Part shown: positions 1 through 8,751 of the stretch, piece by piece
Numbering within the stretch: the first letter of the stretch is position 1
Layout: the number at the start of each line of letters is the position of its first letter
Origin: a virus
Taxonomy: Duplodnaviria > Heunggongvirae > Uroviricota > Caudoviricetes
Reading direction: 5' to 3' (one strand)
DNA length: 64,000 nt
Virus record (IMG/VR): IMGVR_UViG_3300020034_000006
Span: 1-64,000 of that record
Position numbers and translations under genes: made by a program
The notes under the pieces: model-generated
What the model was told of the DNA's origin: nothing
Database searches by the model: none
What the model saw: the letters and a program-made list of their open reading frames with translations, nothing else

Positions 1-417
1 GTCTGTACCCCCCGGGGGTACCCCGGAACCTTTCGCGGCCCCCTACCCTCTGACCTGGGCATTAGCATCAGGATACTCGGTATCGTCCATACCCTACCCA
101 GGTATGTGACCTCGGATCGATATACGGGGGTGGGGTATGTGCACCGTGAGCATGCGCTCGCTCTGCATAAGTATGCAAGCCATCGAATAATGAGAGTGAC
201 TATCAACTAGATGACCACACAAATATGAGACGATGACTCATCATGCTGTGTACCCCATGTTGTCACTACCTGTCACGTACACCCTGTCCCACCTACTGGG
301 CCCAGCCGCGAGGCTTAGAGCCTGGCCCTGGTCAGTCGAGCTAGTCACTGTACTGTGCCGAGCCGAGGCAACTAAGTAGTTGACTGCGCAACTAACAAGT
401 ACCCGGGCGCGCAAGTA

Positions 418-441
418 GGGCCGGCCCCGAAGGGCCGGCCC
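418..441. terminator. Perfect 10-bp GC hairpin (GGGCCGGCCC-cgaa-GGGCCGGCCC) downstream of the last leftward gene
   Basis: Inverted repeat read directly from the sequence. It lies just past the stop of the 505..1032 gene. No U-tract, as is common for actinobacterial intrinsic terminators. Confidence 0.4.
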
Positions 442-504
442 TACGTAGAAGGGGCTTAGCTCTCTTAGGGGTTAGCGCTTAGGGGAAAGCCCTAGCGCTT
501 GCGA

Positions 505-1032
505 CTAGGGAGCAACCGCGACGGGGGAAGTCGTCGCATTGTCCCAAACGATGAGGCATGACGTTGCCCCCTCATTCGCACACTGGCCCGGAGTGGAGAT
601 GGGGGTATTGTCCCAGTACCACACTCCGGAGCGATAGGCGATCCCCTGTGCGGCCAGCGCTCCGTTGCCGTAGACGCACGTGCCACCGTTGCACGTCACG
701 TCCGAGAACCGACCGTCGTTGTCGGAGTCATCGCCATAGGGGGTGTCCCCCGTGCCGTCCCATGCTCCGAAGCGCTCCGCCTCGGTAGGTGTCATGGTGG
801 CAGGGTTGGTGCCAGGTGCACGCTCCGACGCGGTAGGAGCGATCGTAGGGGCCTGTGACGGGACGTCGGTACGATCGACCGCGGGTCCGTCGGTATCACC
901 CGCGGTCACGGGCGGAGTGTCGTAGCTCACTGCCGCGGGAGGGGGAGCGCTCGCTCCCTGGTCGTCAGGGTCGCACGCTCCGAGGGTTGCCACGATGATC
1001 GCGGCACCGATGAGGGGAAAGAACTTGCGCAT
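505..1032 (-). CDS. Putative secreted lipoprotein
   Basis: N-terminal MRKFFPLIGAAIIVATLGAC is a signal peptide with an LGAC lipobox. Pro/Ala/Thr-rich linker. RBS context ACAAAGGATGAAACCC upstream. Confidence 0.5.
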   Translation of the reverse strand: MRKFFPLIGAAIIVATLGACDPDDQGASAPPPAAVSYDTPPVTAGDTDGPAVDRTDVPSQAPTIAPTASERAPGTNPATMTPTEAERFGAWDGTGDTPYGDDSDNDGRFSDVTCNGGTCVYGNGALAAQGIAYRSGVWYWDNTPISTPGQCANEGATSCLIVWDNATTSPVAVAP

Positions 1033-1110
1033 TTGGGTTTCATCCTTTGTTTCGGGGTCAAGCGCTTAACGGTGCGCTCGGGTACCGGAGATCCTAGCGC
1101 CTACTAGCGA

Positions 1111-1608
1111 CTATCCGCACAGAAGGCAATTGCAATCGTGGTCTGTGTGCTCGCACGGTTCGTGGCCACCGTTGCAAGGCTTGCCATTGTCGCGTTCGCA
1201 GTTGCGCTCTATCCCGTGAACTAGATCGCGCAGCTCTACACAATCCATAGGCGTTTCGCCGCGGCCGTTGACGTACCCGCCGCGGGTTGGGTCGTCAGGG
1301 TCGACCCTTAGAGCGTACTGCGCTCCACACTGAAAGCATGACTCGTTCTCGTCCTCATGCGAGAAACGATGTCCGTAGGCGGACCAAACGACAGTAACGA
1401 GCGAAGTGCCCGCGGGTTCGTGACCGTTGTCATTGAACCCGCAAACAGACTGTGCACTAGGGCTAGCGATGGGATTGGTAACCCATAGCTCGACGTCATC
1501 CGCGGGCGGTAGCCCTGGCAACGGAGTAGGCGCGCCATACAGCACTAGCGCAATGCGCTCGCGGCAGTGAGCGCACCAATCGCGCTCTAGGACAGTAACT
1601 GTCGTCAC
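1111..1608 (-). CDS. Hypothetical Cys/His-rich protein
   Basis: 165-aa ORF with many Cys/His clusters (CAHCRER, CFQCG, CEHTDHDCNCLLCG). Confidence 0.4.
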   Translation of the reverse strand: MTTVTVLERDWCAHCRERIALVLYGAPTPLPGLPPADDVELWVTNPIASPSAQSVCGFNDNGHEPAGTSLVTVVWSAYGHRFSHEDENESCFQCGAQYALRVDPDDPTRGGYVNGRGETPMDCVELRDLVHGIERNCERDNGKPCNGGHEPCEHTDHDCNCLLCG

Positions 1609-1838
1609 TACGTCACTCCTTGCTCCGCGTAGTAGGCATCTAGCCTCGCCTCATGAGTCTTTAGGCACTTCTTCGTATGGCCTGTCCCGTCGCACTCGCG
1701 ACATGTCCAGTCGGTAGGAATCCAACGATTGGTGTCCTCATCGAATACCGCGCCGCGAATCATTCCGTTGTCGCATTCGCCGAAATCGGGATGTCGATAG
1801 GGGCAACATCCCCCGCGGCAGATAGGGCTAAGCAACAT
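1608..1838 (-). CDS. Hypothetical Cys-rich small protein (start probably the internal MLLSPICRGG)
   Basis: C-terminal 76 aa of the 1608..2018 ORF. Motifs CRGGCCPY and CRECDGTGH. The longer N-terminus overlaps the neighbouring gene. Confidence 0.3.
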   Translation of the reverse strand: MLLSPICRGGCCPYRHPDFGECDNGMIRGAVFDEDTNRWIPTDWTCRECDGTGHTKKCLKTHEARLDAYYAEQGVT

Positions 1839-2346
1839 GGTCGTTCCTTCCCTCGTTACCCCACCAGTAGTCCGGCCAGACATCATCGGACCGCGACTGC
1901 CACGGGACTGCGAAATACTGCAACTTGTCATGCGGCCGATGTCGCATGAATCGAGGCTTAAGGTTGACAGTCCACACAGGCCACACATAGAGACCTGACC
2001 GCACGTACTCACCATCAAACGAGAAGTGAGAGAAGTACTCTAGGACTAGGTCACGCTCGTAACGAGACATGCCTAAGCCTCCCGCGTGCTGATGTTCGCT
2101 CGCGTGATCCTTGAACCATGCCAGCGCTTTAGCCTCATGGTTCGCGGCAAGTCGGACAGGGCGAGCCTTGACGCGTCGGAAGAGCCTTAGGCGCTCATCC
2201 CCTGTCAGGGCTGACTCTCTTCCGCTCGAATCTTCGCCTACCGCCACGGTAGAGATAGCCGCGGCGAATTGGCGAATCTGAGACACAGTGAGAGTGTTTG
2301 TGCTCAAGCGCTCTAGCCACACGCGGTAAGCCCTAGTAGACGTCAT
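1828..2346 (-). CDS. Hypothetical protein
   Basis: ORF 1828..2361. The internal start MTSTRAY at 2346 gives an ATGA overlap with the upstream gene stop at 2343. Confidence 0.4.
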   Translation of the reverse strand: MTSTRAYRVWLERLSTNTLTVSQIRQFAAAISTVAVGEDSSGRESALTGDERLRLFRRVKARPVRLAANHEAKALAWFKDHASEHQHAGGLGMSRYERDLVLEYFSHFSFDGEYVRSGLYVWPVWTVNLKPRFMRHRPHDKLQYFAVPWQSRSDDVWPDYWWGNEGRNDHVA

Positions 2347-2891
2347 GGCGCGGCCCACCAATCAATAGCGGTACTACCCGCTTCCCGAACCGACGCGCCG
2401 TCAACGGGACCGTCGTTAGGGTCGACTACTGGCAAGTGATCTACGGTGCGCTCATCGCCAACACCAACACCCGCGGGATGGTGCTCATCGTGCACCTGGT
2501 CGCGAGCCTCGGTAAGTAGATCACTAAGGATCGTACCGAAGTAGTCGTTAGCGTTCCCTCGCGCCTTCTCGTTACGACAGTAGGTCTCACTGTCCCAAAC
2601 GTCTATTCCCCAAAGGGAAGCTCTTACAACGTTGTCGGGTTGTGAAGTGACGACTACCCCAACCTCTCCCCATTGCTTGCCATGCCTCGCACGCATAATC
2701 GCGTCTGTACGCACGGCGGAGCGGATCGCGGGATCGGGGTGGTTTATCTCGCTTGCACTCACGCCATCGTGACGACCGTCAAGATACGAGATGTCTTGAA
2801 CGTCGTCTACTTCAACGGTCACCACGAACCGAGCGATTGTGTGCGTAGTGCTCGTTTCGTACGTGATCGCTACTTCTGTCTCTTCCACCAT
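2343..2891 (-). CDS. Hypothetical protein
   Basis: 182-aa ORF in the leftward operon. 22 nt overlap with the FtsK-like gene. Confidence 0.4.
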   Translation of the reverse strand: MVEETEVAITYETSTTHTIARFVVTVEVDDVQDISYLDGRHDGVSASEINHPDPAIRSAVRTDAIMRARHGKQWGEVGVVVTSQPDNVVRASLWGIDVWDSETYCRNEKARGNANDYFGTILSDLLTEARDQVHDEHHPAGVGVGDERTVDHLPVVDPNDGPVDGASVREAGSTAIDWWAAP

Positions 2892-4066
2892 TGCACTACC
2901 TTTCCGATTTCGGAGTCTGTGACTAGTGCACCTTGTGCACGCGTCAGGGTCGGCCCGCCATCGCTATAGAGTAGATCACCCTTACCGGTAAGGTTCTCCG
3001 CTCCGATGGCATCTAGGATCACTCTGCTATCTGTGTTGCTCGATACTGCGAAAGCGACCTTTGACGGAATGTTCGCTTTCAAGTCTCCGGTAAGAACCTT
3101 GATACTTGGACGTTGGGTAGCTACCACTAGGTGAACACCAGCGGCCCGCCCTAGCTGCGCGATGCGCAGTAGGGCAGGCTCTACGTAAGCCTTAGCTTGC
3201 ATCATGAGGTCTGCAACCTCATCGATGATGACAATTAGGTAAGGCGTTTCCAAACCACTAGCCCTAGCCTCGCTGATGTTGCGAAAGCCCTTGCTCGCTA
3301 AGAACTTGTAACGCTTATCCATTTCGTCCACTACTTCCAAGAGCGAGCCGATAGCCTCACCCCCCTCGGTAACCACCGGTCGCCACAGATGGGGCAAGCC
3401 CTGGTATTGCGCTAGCTCTACCCGCTTCGGATCGATGAGCAGTAGTTGCAAGTCACGCGGGCTTGCTCCCATGAGCAGACTCACGATTAGCGAGTTAAGG
3501 AACGTTGACTTACCCGCTCCCGTCGCGCCAGCAATGACAACGTGCGGTAGCTCAGTGACGTTAGCGACCATCGGCGCACCATCGGCCGTAAGCCCTATCG
3601 CTATGTCCAGTAAGCGCAAGCGCTCGGAAGCTAGGACGCTTCCGAGCGTGACTAGTTGTCGATTGGGTCGCGGTATCTCGATTCCCATGACCGACCTACC
3701 GTCAACGGTGGTCAGGATGCGCGGGTTAGGCGCTCCGAGTATGTATCCGATATCCGCCTTAAGAGCGGTCAACCGTGACACTCGCTCCGAGAGACCTAGG
3801 GCCAGCTCAAACCGAACGACCGAAGGGCCCGCGACGATGTCGACCAGGGCCACGGATACGCCGCGGGAGGACAGGCCAGTAACCAGCCTGTCCGCATACC
3901 CGCCTAGATCGCTCCCTAAGGCTCTCGGAGCGCTTCCGAGGGTATGTAGGGGCGGAAGCTCCCACGCGCGGCCCCTACGACGTCTAGGGCCATCCCTCGC
4001 GGCGTGCGCTCGCCGCGCCTTGACGACCGCGGCGACACCCGCGCCCGCTAGGGCAAATTCAAGCAT
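2870..4066 (-). CDS. FtsK/SpoIIIE-family DNA translocase ATPase
   Basis: Walker A VIAGATGAGKSTFLNSL and Walker B LIVIIDEVADLM. VVATQRPS motif and motor-domain pattern VVRFELALGLSERVSRLTALKADIGY typical of FtsK. Confidence 0.85.
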   Translation of the reverse strand: MLEFALAGAGVAAVVKARRAHAARDGPRRRRGRAWELPPLHTLGSAPRALGSDLGGYADRLVTGLSSRGVSVALVDIVAGPSVVRFELALGLSERVSRLTALKADIGYILGAPNPRILTTVDGRSVMGIEIPRPNRQLVTLGSVLASERLRLLDIAIGLTADGAPMVANVTELPHVVIAGATGAGKSTFLNSLIVSLLMGASPRDLQLLLIDPKRVELAQYQGLPHLWRPVVTEGGEAIGSLLEVVDEMDKRYKFLASKGFRNISEARASGLETPYLIVIIDEVADLMMQAKAYVEPALLRIAQLGRAAGVHLVVATQRPSIKVLTGDLKANIPSKVAFAVSSNTDSRVILDAIGAENLTGKGDLLYSDGGPTLTRAQGALVTDSEIGKVVQWWKRQK

Positions 4067-4322
4067 TGTCGTTCGCGTCCAACATGTCTGCGATGTCGCT
4101 TAGCTCTTTGGGAGTGAGGTTAAGCGTGCGAGTCATCTCCTTACCGGCGAACCGAACGCGAAACCAGTCCTCATCATCCGCGGGACCCATGTCGACTACG
4201 CGGCGAATCTCGTTACGTCGGTAGTGGTCACTCATTCCGTCACGCTTTCCATGTCTTCCACCATGGCCTGTGTCGTTAGCCATGCCTCGATAGCGCGGCC
4301 CTGCTCGACTACTGCGCGCCAC
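4059..4322 (-). CDS. Hypothetical protein
   Basis: 87-aa ORF with tight spacing in the operon. Confidence 0.4.
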   Translation of the reverse strand: MARSSRAGPRYRGMANDTGHGGRHGKRDGMSDHYRRNEIRRVVDMGPADDEDWFRVRFAGKEMTRTLNLTPKELSDIADMLDANDNA

Positions 4323-4690
4323 GTGCGCTCTTGCTCGCGATACGCGGCGACCGTCATCGCTCCGACGTCGGAAAAGAAATCGGACAGGTAGTCATCAAAC
4401 TCTCGCTCACGATTGCGGAGACTGTCCGCGACGTTGTCGACAACTTCCGCGACAGTCTTGCTTGGAAGTAAGTCACTGCCACCGGTGAATTCGCCTACGT
4501 CCCAACCGATACCGACACTAAACGGGATGTCGATATCCGTTCCCTTGTGCGAAAGCCGGATATTGAAGTCGTAACCCTCCCAGCCATCGCGTTGGAACGC
4601 GTCCGGACCGCTGATCATTTCACCAGTTATCCGATACTTCTTGACAAACTCAATCGCTCGCATGTTCGTTGCCTCTTTCCGTAGTGCCAT
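4232..4690 (-). CDS. Hypothetical protein
   Basis: 152-aa ORF. Confidence 0.4.
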   Translation of the reverse strand: MALRKEATNMRAIEFVKKYRITGEMISGPDAFQRDGWEGYDFNIRLSHKGTDIDIPFSVGIGWDVGEFTGGSDLLPSKTVAEVVDNVADSLRNREREFDDYLSDFFSDVGAMTVAAYREQERTWRAVVEQGRAIEAWLTTQAMVEDMESVTE

Positions 4691-4731
4691 GACGCGTACC
4701 GAACCGAGTAGGGCCCGCTACGCGTGTAGGT

Positions 4732-5058
4732 CTACGAATTGGAGCGTTCGCGTCTTGCCTTCAACTGTTCGTCATTCTCTACCGAGAGAATGCCAGCCTT
4801 GACGTAAACGCGCTTACCGACGTCGGTAGCGAGAATACGGCCGATGAATCCGACGACCGACCACGATTCGCCGAACGCGTGAATTGAGCGCTTGCCAACG
4901 TCTTCGGGTTGCAGCTCGTAATACGAGCGCTCTTCGGTCGACCAATGAATAGCGCGCCGAACGTCGTTGTGATGTCCGTAGACCATCATTCGTCGGAGCG
5001 CTAGCCGCGCCTGATACGCGGTAAGCCCTTCAATGACATCACGCAAGTTGTCAGCCAT
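4732..5058 (-). CDS. Hypothetical protein
   Basis: 108-aa ORF. Confidence 0.4.
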   Translation of the reverse strand: MADNLRDVIEGLTAYQARLALRRMMVYGHHNDVRRAIHWSTEERSYYELQPEDVGKRSIHAFGESWSVVGFIGRILATDVGKRVYVKAGILSVENDEQLKARRERSNS

Positions 5059-5404
5059 CGGACTCCGGCCCGCCTTTCGCTAGTTTGTATCCCTCGTAAG
5101 CGTTCTCAAAGTTCGCGTGATCCCATCCGCGGTGATAGTCGGCACGCTCGCTCTTTGCGTAGAGAACGGCCGATGCTTTCTCGTCGTCTGTCATGAGCGG
5201 AGCATTGGCGAACATGTTGGCATCGGGATCAGGGTCAACTAGATCCCCGTCGTCAACCCATGAGTAGAAGTCGTCGTAGCCTTGCTGCCACGCCGCGGAC
5301 TGTTCATCGTAGGTAATGGTCACTTGTGGCACTCGCATTCGCACTTTGGCGCTTCCGGCCAATCGGTCGGGTTGGCGAGATGCGCATCGTATTTGGTGAC
5401 GCAC
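5051..5404 (-). CDS. Hypothetical protein (true start may be internal MRVPQV near 5338)
   Basis: 117-aa ORF. The N-terminus overlaps the upstream gene in another frame. Confidence 0.35.
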   Translation of the reverse strand: MRHQIRCASRQPDRLAGSAKVRMRVPQVTITYDEQSAAWQQGYDDFYSWVDDGDLVDPDPDANMFANAPLMTDDEKASAVLYAKSERADYHRGWDHANFENAYEGYKLAKGGPESDG

Positions 5405-5688
5405 TTGTCATGGTCCAAACGGAGACAATGCAACGAATGCGAGAACAGTTCTCCCGCGATACGCTTAGCCTCTTTGGCATCCTTCGCATGAGTCCGGCCC
5501 GGATACATTACGGGGTTGATGAAATAACCGCCAACCGCTGGCTTGAACGGTGCAGTGATGAACTTCAACTGTCCGTTCTGATATGGGCCCCATTGCACAG
5601 TGACCGTGACGTCGGTTAAGTCTTTCCCCTCATCAGGGAAAAAGTAGAGATCACCTAGACCCGCGTCAACCTTGCGAATCTTGCTCAT
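5320..5688 (-). CDS. Hypothetical protein
   Basis: ORF 5320..5724. The internal start MSKIRKV at 5688 gives an ATGA overlap with the stop at 5685. C-terminal CECECH. Confidence 0.4.
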   Translation of the reverse strand: MSKIRKVDAGLGDLYFFPDEGKDLTDVTVTVQWGPYQNGQLKFITAPFKPAVGGYFINPVMYPGRTHAKDAKEAKRIAGELFSHSLHCLRLDHDKCVTKYDAHLANPTDWPEAPKCECECHK

Positions 5689-6149
5689 GACTCCTCGCTT
5701 TCGATACCGATAGCCACGGTCCAACGCTCGCCATAGGACCGCGTCTCTTTGACAAGGTCCACACGGTAAAGGTGCTCATGTCCCATATAGGCGACTAGGT
5801 CGCGATCATCTCCGAGTGACGTACCGGTATCGCGAACCGCGTAGTAGAGCGTCATCTCGTCGCGCACGTGCTTGGCGAGCCAATGCGCATCGTGATAGAG
5901 ATCCGAGTGATAATGCTTCACTACCCCATCGGTCAGGGGGACCATGGCACCGAAGAGGAGCGCTAAGAGCGAATCCCATAACCCTTCGGTACGCGTGTCT
6001 TCGGTATCGGATCGCAAGAAGTGTCGACCGATGAAACGGAAGCCATCTTCTCGCATATTCTCCGCGAGGCTTTCGTTCTCTTGCTCCTCGCGCATCGCGA
6101 CGGTTTGCGCTTGCTCTTCCGCTGAGTCTCTTTCATCGTTGTTATTCAC
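5685..6149 (-). CDS. Hypothetical acidic protein
   Basis: 154-aa ORF with an acidic N-terminus. Confidence 0.4.
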   Translation of the reverse strand: MNNNDERDSAEEQAQTVAMREEQENESLAENMREDGFRFIGRHFLRSDTEDTRTEGLWDSLLALLFGAMVPLTDGVVKHYHSDLYHDAHWLAKHVRDEMTLYYAVRDTGTSLGDDRDLVAYMGHEHLYRVDLVKETRSYGERWTVAIGIESEES

Positions 6150-6275
6150 TGTCGTTCCCTTCCTACTGCCCTAGGTACGTCATGGTCTGAACGTTGCCCA
6201 GCCATGCAATTAGTTCGTAGACGACCCATACCGGAGTGATCACGATTGCCACGCGTCGCCAGTAGGTGCGCACAC

Positions 6276-6479
6276 TCATTCGATAACCTCCAAATAGGCA
6301 ATGCCACCGTTCTTAGATGGCACTTGCGCAACGCGGCCCGCCGCTATGGCCTGCTCTATCTCTGACATTAGCGCGGGATGGTGAGTCCGGTAATCCGAGC
6401 CAGAACGCTTTAGGTAAGTGCTGAGCGTCCACCTATGCATTTCCGACGCGGCAAGGTACCCGTCAAGTAGCTCGCTCAC
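6276..6479 (-). CDS. Hypothetical small protein
   Basis: 67-aa ORF. Confidence 0.3.
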   Translation of the reverse strand: MSELLDGYLAASEMHRWTLSTYLKRSGSDYRTHHPALMSEIEQAIAAGRVAQVPSKNGGIAYLEVIE

Positions 6480-6644
6480 TGCAACGTCTTACAACGGTGG
6501 TCGTAGTAGCTCACCAATCCGAGAACGCGACCCATGGTGTCAATCCGAGTGTCATCGGTCGGATTGCTTTCGTACTGAGTCATTAGCTCATGGACGCGGT
6601 TCCAAACGTTGGTGGTCAATTCCTCGATTGTCATAGCCATGGGT
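6480..6644 (-). CDS. Unlisted small ORF (54 aa, MAMTIEELTTNVWNRVHELMTQYESNPTDDTRIDTMGRVLGLVSYYDHRCKTLQ)
   Basis: Hand-translated from the minus strand. Preceded by AAAGGATGAACCC, the same RBS context as the 505..1032 gene, and by the conserved intergenic module. Confidence 0.35.
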
Positions 6645-6662
6645 TCATCCTTTGTCCCTAAT

Positions 6663-6714
6663 AACTAGGTGTCCGGACAGGAACAGTGTTCCTGTCCAGA
6701 GATCTAGCGACTAG
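6663..6714 (-). promoter_or_regulatory. Conserved intergenic module copy 2: TAACTAGGTGT - palindrome GGACAGGAACA-g-TGTTCCTGTCC - AGATCTAGCGACTAG
   Basis: Shares both flanks with the copies at 1085-1114, 7997-8046 and 8446-8495. Lies immediately upstream (minus sense) of a gene start. Confidence 0.45.
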
Positions 6715-7022
6715 TCCCCATCGTTGCCTTGCAAGGAAAGAGGCCAGCGCTTAGGCACCAATCCCTTAGCGCGATGCTCTTTGTCCGATTGACGCAAGTA
6801 ATTCGCGTAAAACTCCCCGTAGCTCGATTGGGCTTTCTCGTATCCCTCTTCGATGACACGCCCGTAAGCCTCTTCGGACATCCAACCCTCACCCGCGAGG
6901 CAAACACCACACATATCGCCAGAAAGCGCTAATGCCTCTCCGTTGTCGCGGTAGGCGATACCGGTGGGCAGGCCACCGGGCCGGACACTCTTACGGTTGC
7001 AGATTGAACATCGTCCGGCCAT
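6711..7022 (-). CDS. Hypothetical zinc-ribbon protein
   Basis: 103 aa with CSICNRK...CGVC Cys pairs. Confidence 0.4.
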   Translation of the reverse strand: MAGRCSICNRKSVRPGGLPTGIAYRDNGEALALSGDMCGVCLAGEGWMSEEAYGRVIEEGYEKAQSSYGEFYANYLRQSDKEHRAKGLVPKRWPLSLQGNDGD

Positions 7023-7025
7023 GAC

Positions 7026-7202
7026 TTAACCCCGTAGCTCGATTGTCTCGATGAACGGCACTTCGATATAGATAGCGTTCCCATCCTGGTCTTGACCGAC
7101 TTGAATCAATTTGATTCCGCCGTCATGCCCCATACAGAGCACGTACTCGCTATCGATACTGTGTTGCCTACGGTCAGGACATCGCACGTTTGTTGCTTCC
7201 AT
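7026..7202 (-). CDS. Unlisted small ORF (58 aa, MEATNVRCPDRRQHSIDSEYVLCMGHDGGIKLIQVGQDQDGNAIYIEVPFIETIELRG)
   Basis: Hand-translated. It fills an otherwise empty 180-nt gap. Codon usage is lower-GC than the neighbours. Confidence 0.3.
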   Translation of the reverse strand: MEATNVRCPDRRQHSIDSEYVLCMGHDGGIKLIQVGQDQDGNAIYIEVPFIETIELRG

Positions 7203-7206
7203 GTCG

Positions 7207-7911
7207 CTAGCCCTTCCTAAACGTGAGGTCGCACGTTTCGCATTTGATCTCGCTCTTTGGCATGGCGAGAATTCCGATTATCCCGAACATGGCACCAAAC
7301 GCTTTCGCACCCGCGGAGCGCTTAGCCTTGAACGACGAACCGTGGCACCGCGGGCAAGTGCCATCCGCGGCAGCTTCGCTAAAGCGGAGTAGCCCTAGAG
7401 CGGACAGGGCTGCAACGCGGCGGCGCGTCGAGCGCTCCGCCCTGGCACGTGCGTACTCAGCGGGAACCTGTCCGGAGTGAAGGATTGGGGACCCTGTCCG
7501 CGGCAGCTCACCGCGCTCGCTCGCGGTGTGGTCGTTCATCCTGTGTAGGTAGAGCGCACGTGCGCTAGCGAACTTGCGAGGACATCCCCCGATGTCGCAA
7601 GCGGTCACGGGGTCACCGCGTGAAAGGCGTTTGCCAGCCAATCCGCATAGAGCGCAAGCGCTCCGATGCGCCAAACGATGGCAACGGTTGCGAGCGCTCC
7701 GCTGGCAGCAAGGAACGCGGCTAGGCGTTCCCTCATCGTGCCGCGTCGACACTGAGAGCGGAGTCATCAACGTTGTAGTCAAAGTCCGCGAGAACAATGA
7801 CAAACGTTGAAACGTCTTCCACGTCCGACCAATCGCTAGCAGTCCGCTCTTCCACGATGGCGCGCAGCCTGGTCGGGTTGGAAGGCAGATAGCGATGCAT
7901 CGCCATATCAA
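7207..7911 (-). CDS. Hypothetical protein with a C2H2-type zinc-finger motif (true start probably internal, about 7767)
   Basis: CDIGGCPRKFASARALYLHRMNDH fits C-x4-C-x12-H-x4-H. C-terminal CPRCHG zinc ribbon plus a hydrophobic segment FGAMFGIIGILAM. Confidence 0.4.
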   Translation of the reverse strand: MIWRCIAICLPTRPGCAPSWKSGLLAIGRTWKTFQRLSLFSRTLTTTLMTPLSVSTRHDEGTPSRVPCCQRSARNRCHRLAHRSACALCGLAGKRLSRGDPVTACDIGGCPRKFASARALYLHRMNDHTASERGELPRTGSPILHSGQVPAEYARARAERSTRRRVAALSALGLLRFSEAAADGTCPRCHGSSFKAKRSAGAKAFGAMFGIIGILAMPKSEIKCETCDLTFRKG

Positions 7912-7987
7912 GAGCGGCGGAGGTCACGGTATGCGTACCGTGACCCTTAATGGTCACGTTGACGATATCGAGCATTGCGTTTCTCAC
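7733..7987 (-). CDS. Hypothetical protein
   Basis: 84-aa ORF. The conserved module lies directly upstream. Confidence 0.4.
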   Translation of the reverse strand: MRNAMLDIVNVTIKGHGTHTVTSAALDMAMHRYLPSNPTRLRAIVEERTASDWSDVEDVSTFVIVLADFDYNVDDSALSVDAAR

Positions 7988-7996
7988 TTTCGTCAG

Positions 7997-8046
7997 TAAC
8001 TAGGTGTAAACGCACTCCGGAGAGTGCGCTTAGATCTAGCGACTAG
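7997..8046 (-). promoter_or_regulatory. Conserved intergenic module copy 3 (TAACTAGGTGT - hairpin CGCACTC-cgga-GAGTGCG - AGATCTAGCGACTAG)
   Basis: Near-identical to copy 4, read directly from the sequence. Confidence 0.45.
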
Positions 8047-8130
8047 CGAGCATGTGTGCGATGGGTGGCCACCACGTAGCGTAGATCGCTACGGATACCA
8101 GCAAGCCGATTCCGCATTGCATGCGAGCGC

Positions 8131-8427
8131 TCATCCTAAGTCGTATTCGGGATGACCAGGGAAGCGCATTGAAACCGCTCCAGCGTCTTTCATTGCCCAC
8201 GCGAGAACGTCATAGGTCTCTTCTTCCGTGATCCCGTCGCGGTTGTCGGTAAAGAACCGTCCGGAGTAGTAACGCACGTTGTCGTCGTCCCACAGAGTGA
8301 ATCGCACGCTCTCGCGCTTCACTCCCGCGGGCGGAATCTCTCCGTACTCGTTACCGGACCTGTCCGGTAACCCCTCAATGGGCATTTCTTCCGCTAGATG
8401 GTCCTTGTCGATAACCCAACCGAACAT
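8131..8427 (-). CDS. Hypothetical protein
   Basis: 98-aa ORF with RBS GGAGGA upstream. Confidence 0.45.
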   Translation of the reverse strand: MFGWVIDKDHLAEEMPIEGLPDRSGNEYGEIPPAGVKRESVRFTLWDDDNVRYYSGRFFTDNRDGITEEETYDVLAWAMKDAGAVSMRFPGHPEYDLG

Positions 8428-8445
8428 GTCGTGTCCTCCGTTTAG

Positions 8446-8495
8446 TAACCAGGTGTAAGCGCACTCCAGAGAGTGCGCTTAGATCTAGCGACTAG
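8446..8495 (-). promoter_or_regulatory. Conserved intergenic module copy 4 (TAACCAGGTGT - 10-bp hairpin AAGCGCACTC-caga-GAGTGCGCTT - AGATCTAGCGACTAG)
   Basis: Read directly from the sequence. Upstream of the 8131..8427 start. Confidence 0.45.
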
Positions 8496-8751
8496 CGAAA
8501 GCGTCGATATCGAGCGACCAACTAGCAACGCTCCGACCATCGTGATCTACGGCCGGACGTTCCCCCTCGGACCATCCGCACCATGAGAGTGACTGCGCAA
8601 CATGGTGAACGATCCGAGCGACTTGCTCACGCTCTTCCACAGTAGGAAATTCGGTCTCGATGTCCGGAATATCGATGATGATTCGCACGTGCCTTGCCTC
8701 TTTCAATCGACCAGCGAGCCGCGACGTTCTGACGCGTTGAAGTGAGCGCAT
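8485..8751 (-). CDS. Hypothetical protein
   Basis: 88-aa ORF. First gene to the left of the 900-bp non-coding region. Confidence 0.45.
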   Translation of the reverse strand: MRSLQRVRTSRLAGRLKEARHVRIIIDIPDIETEFPTVEEREQVARIVHHVAQSLSWCGWSEGERPAVDHDGRSVASWSLDIDAFASR

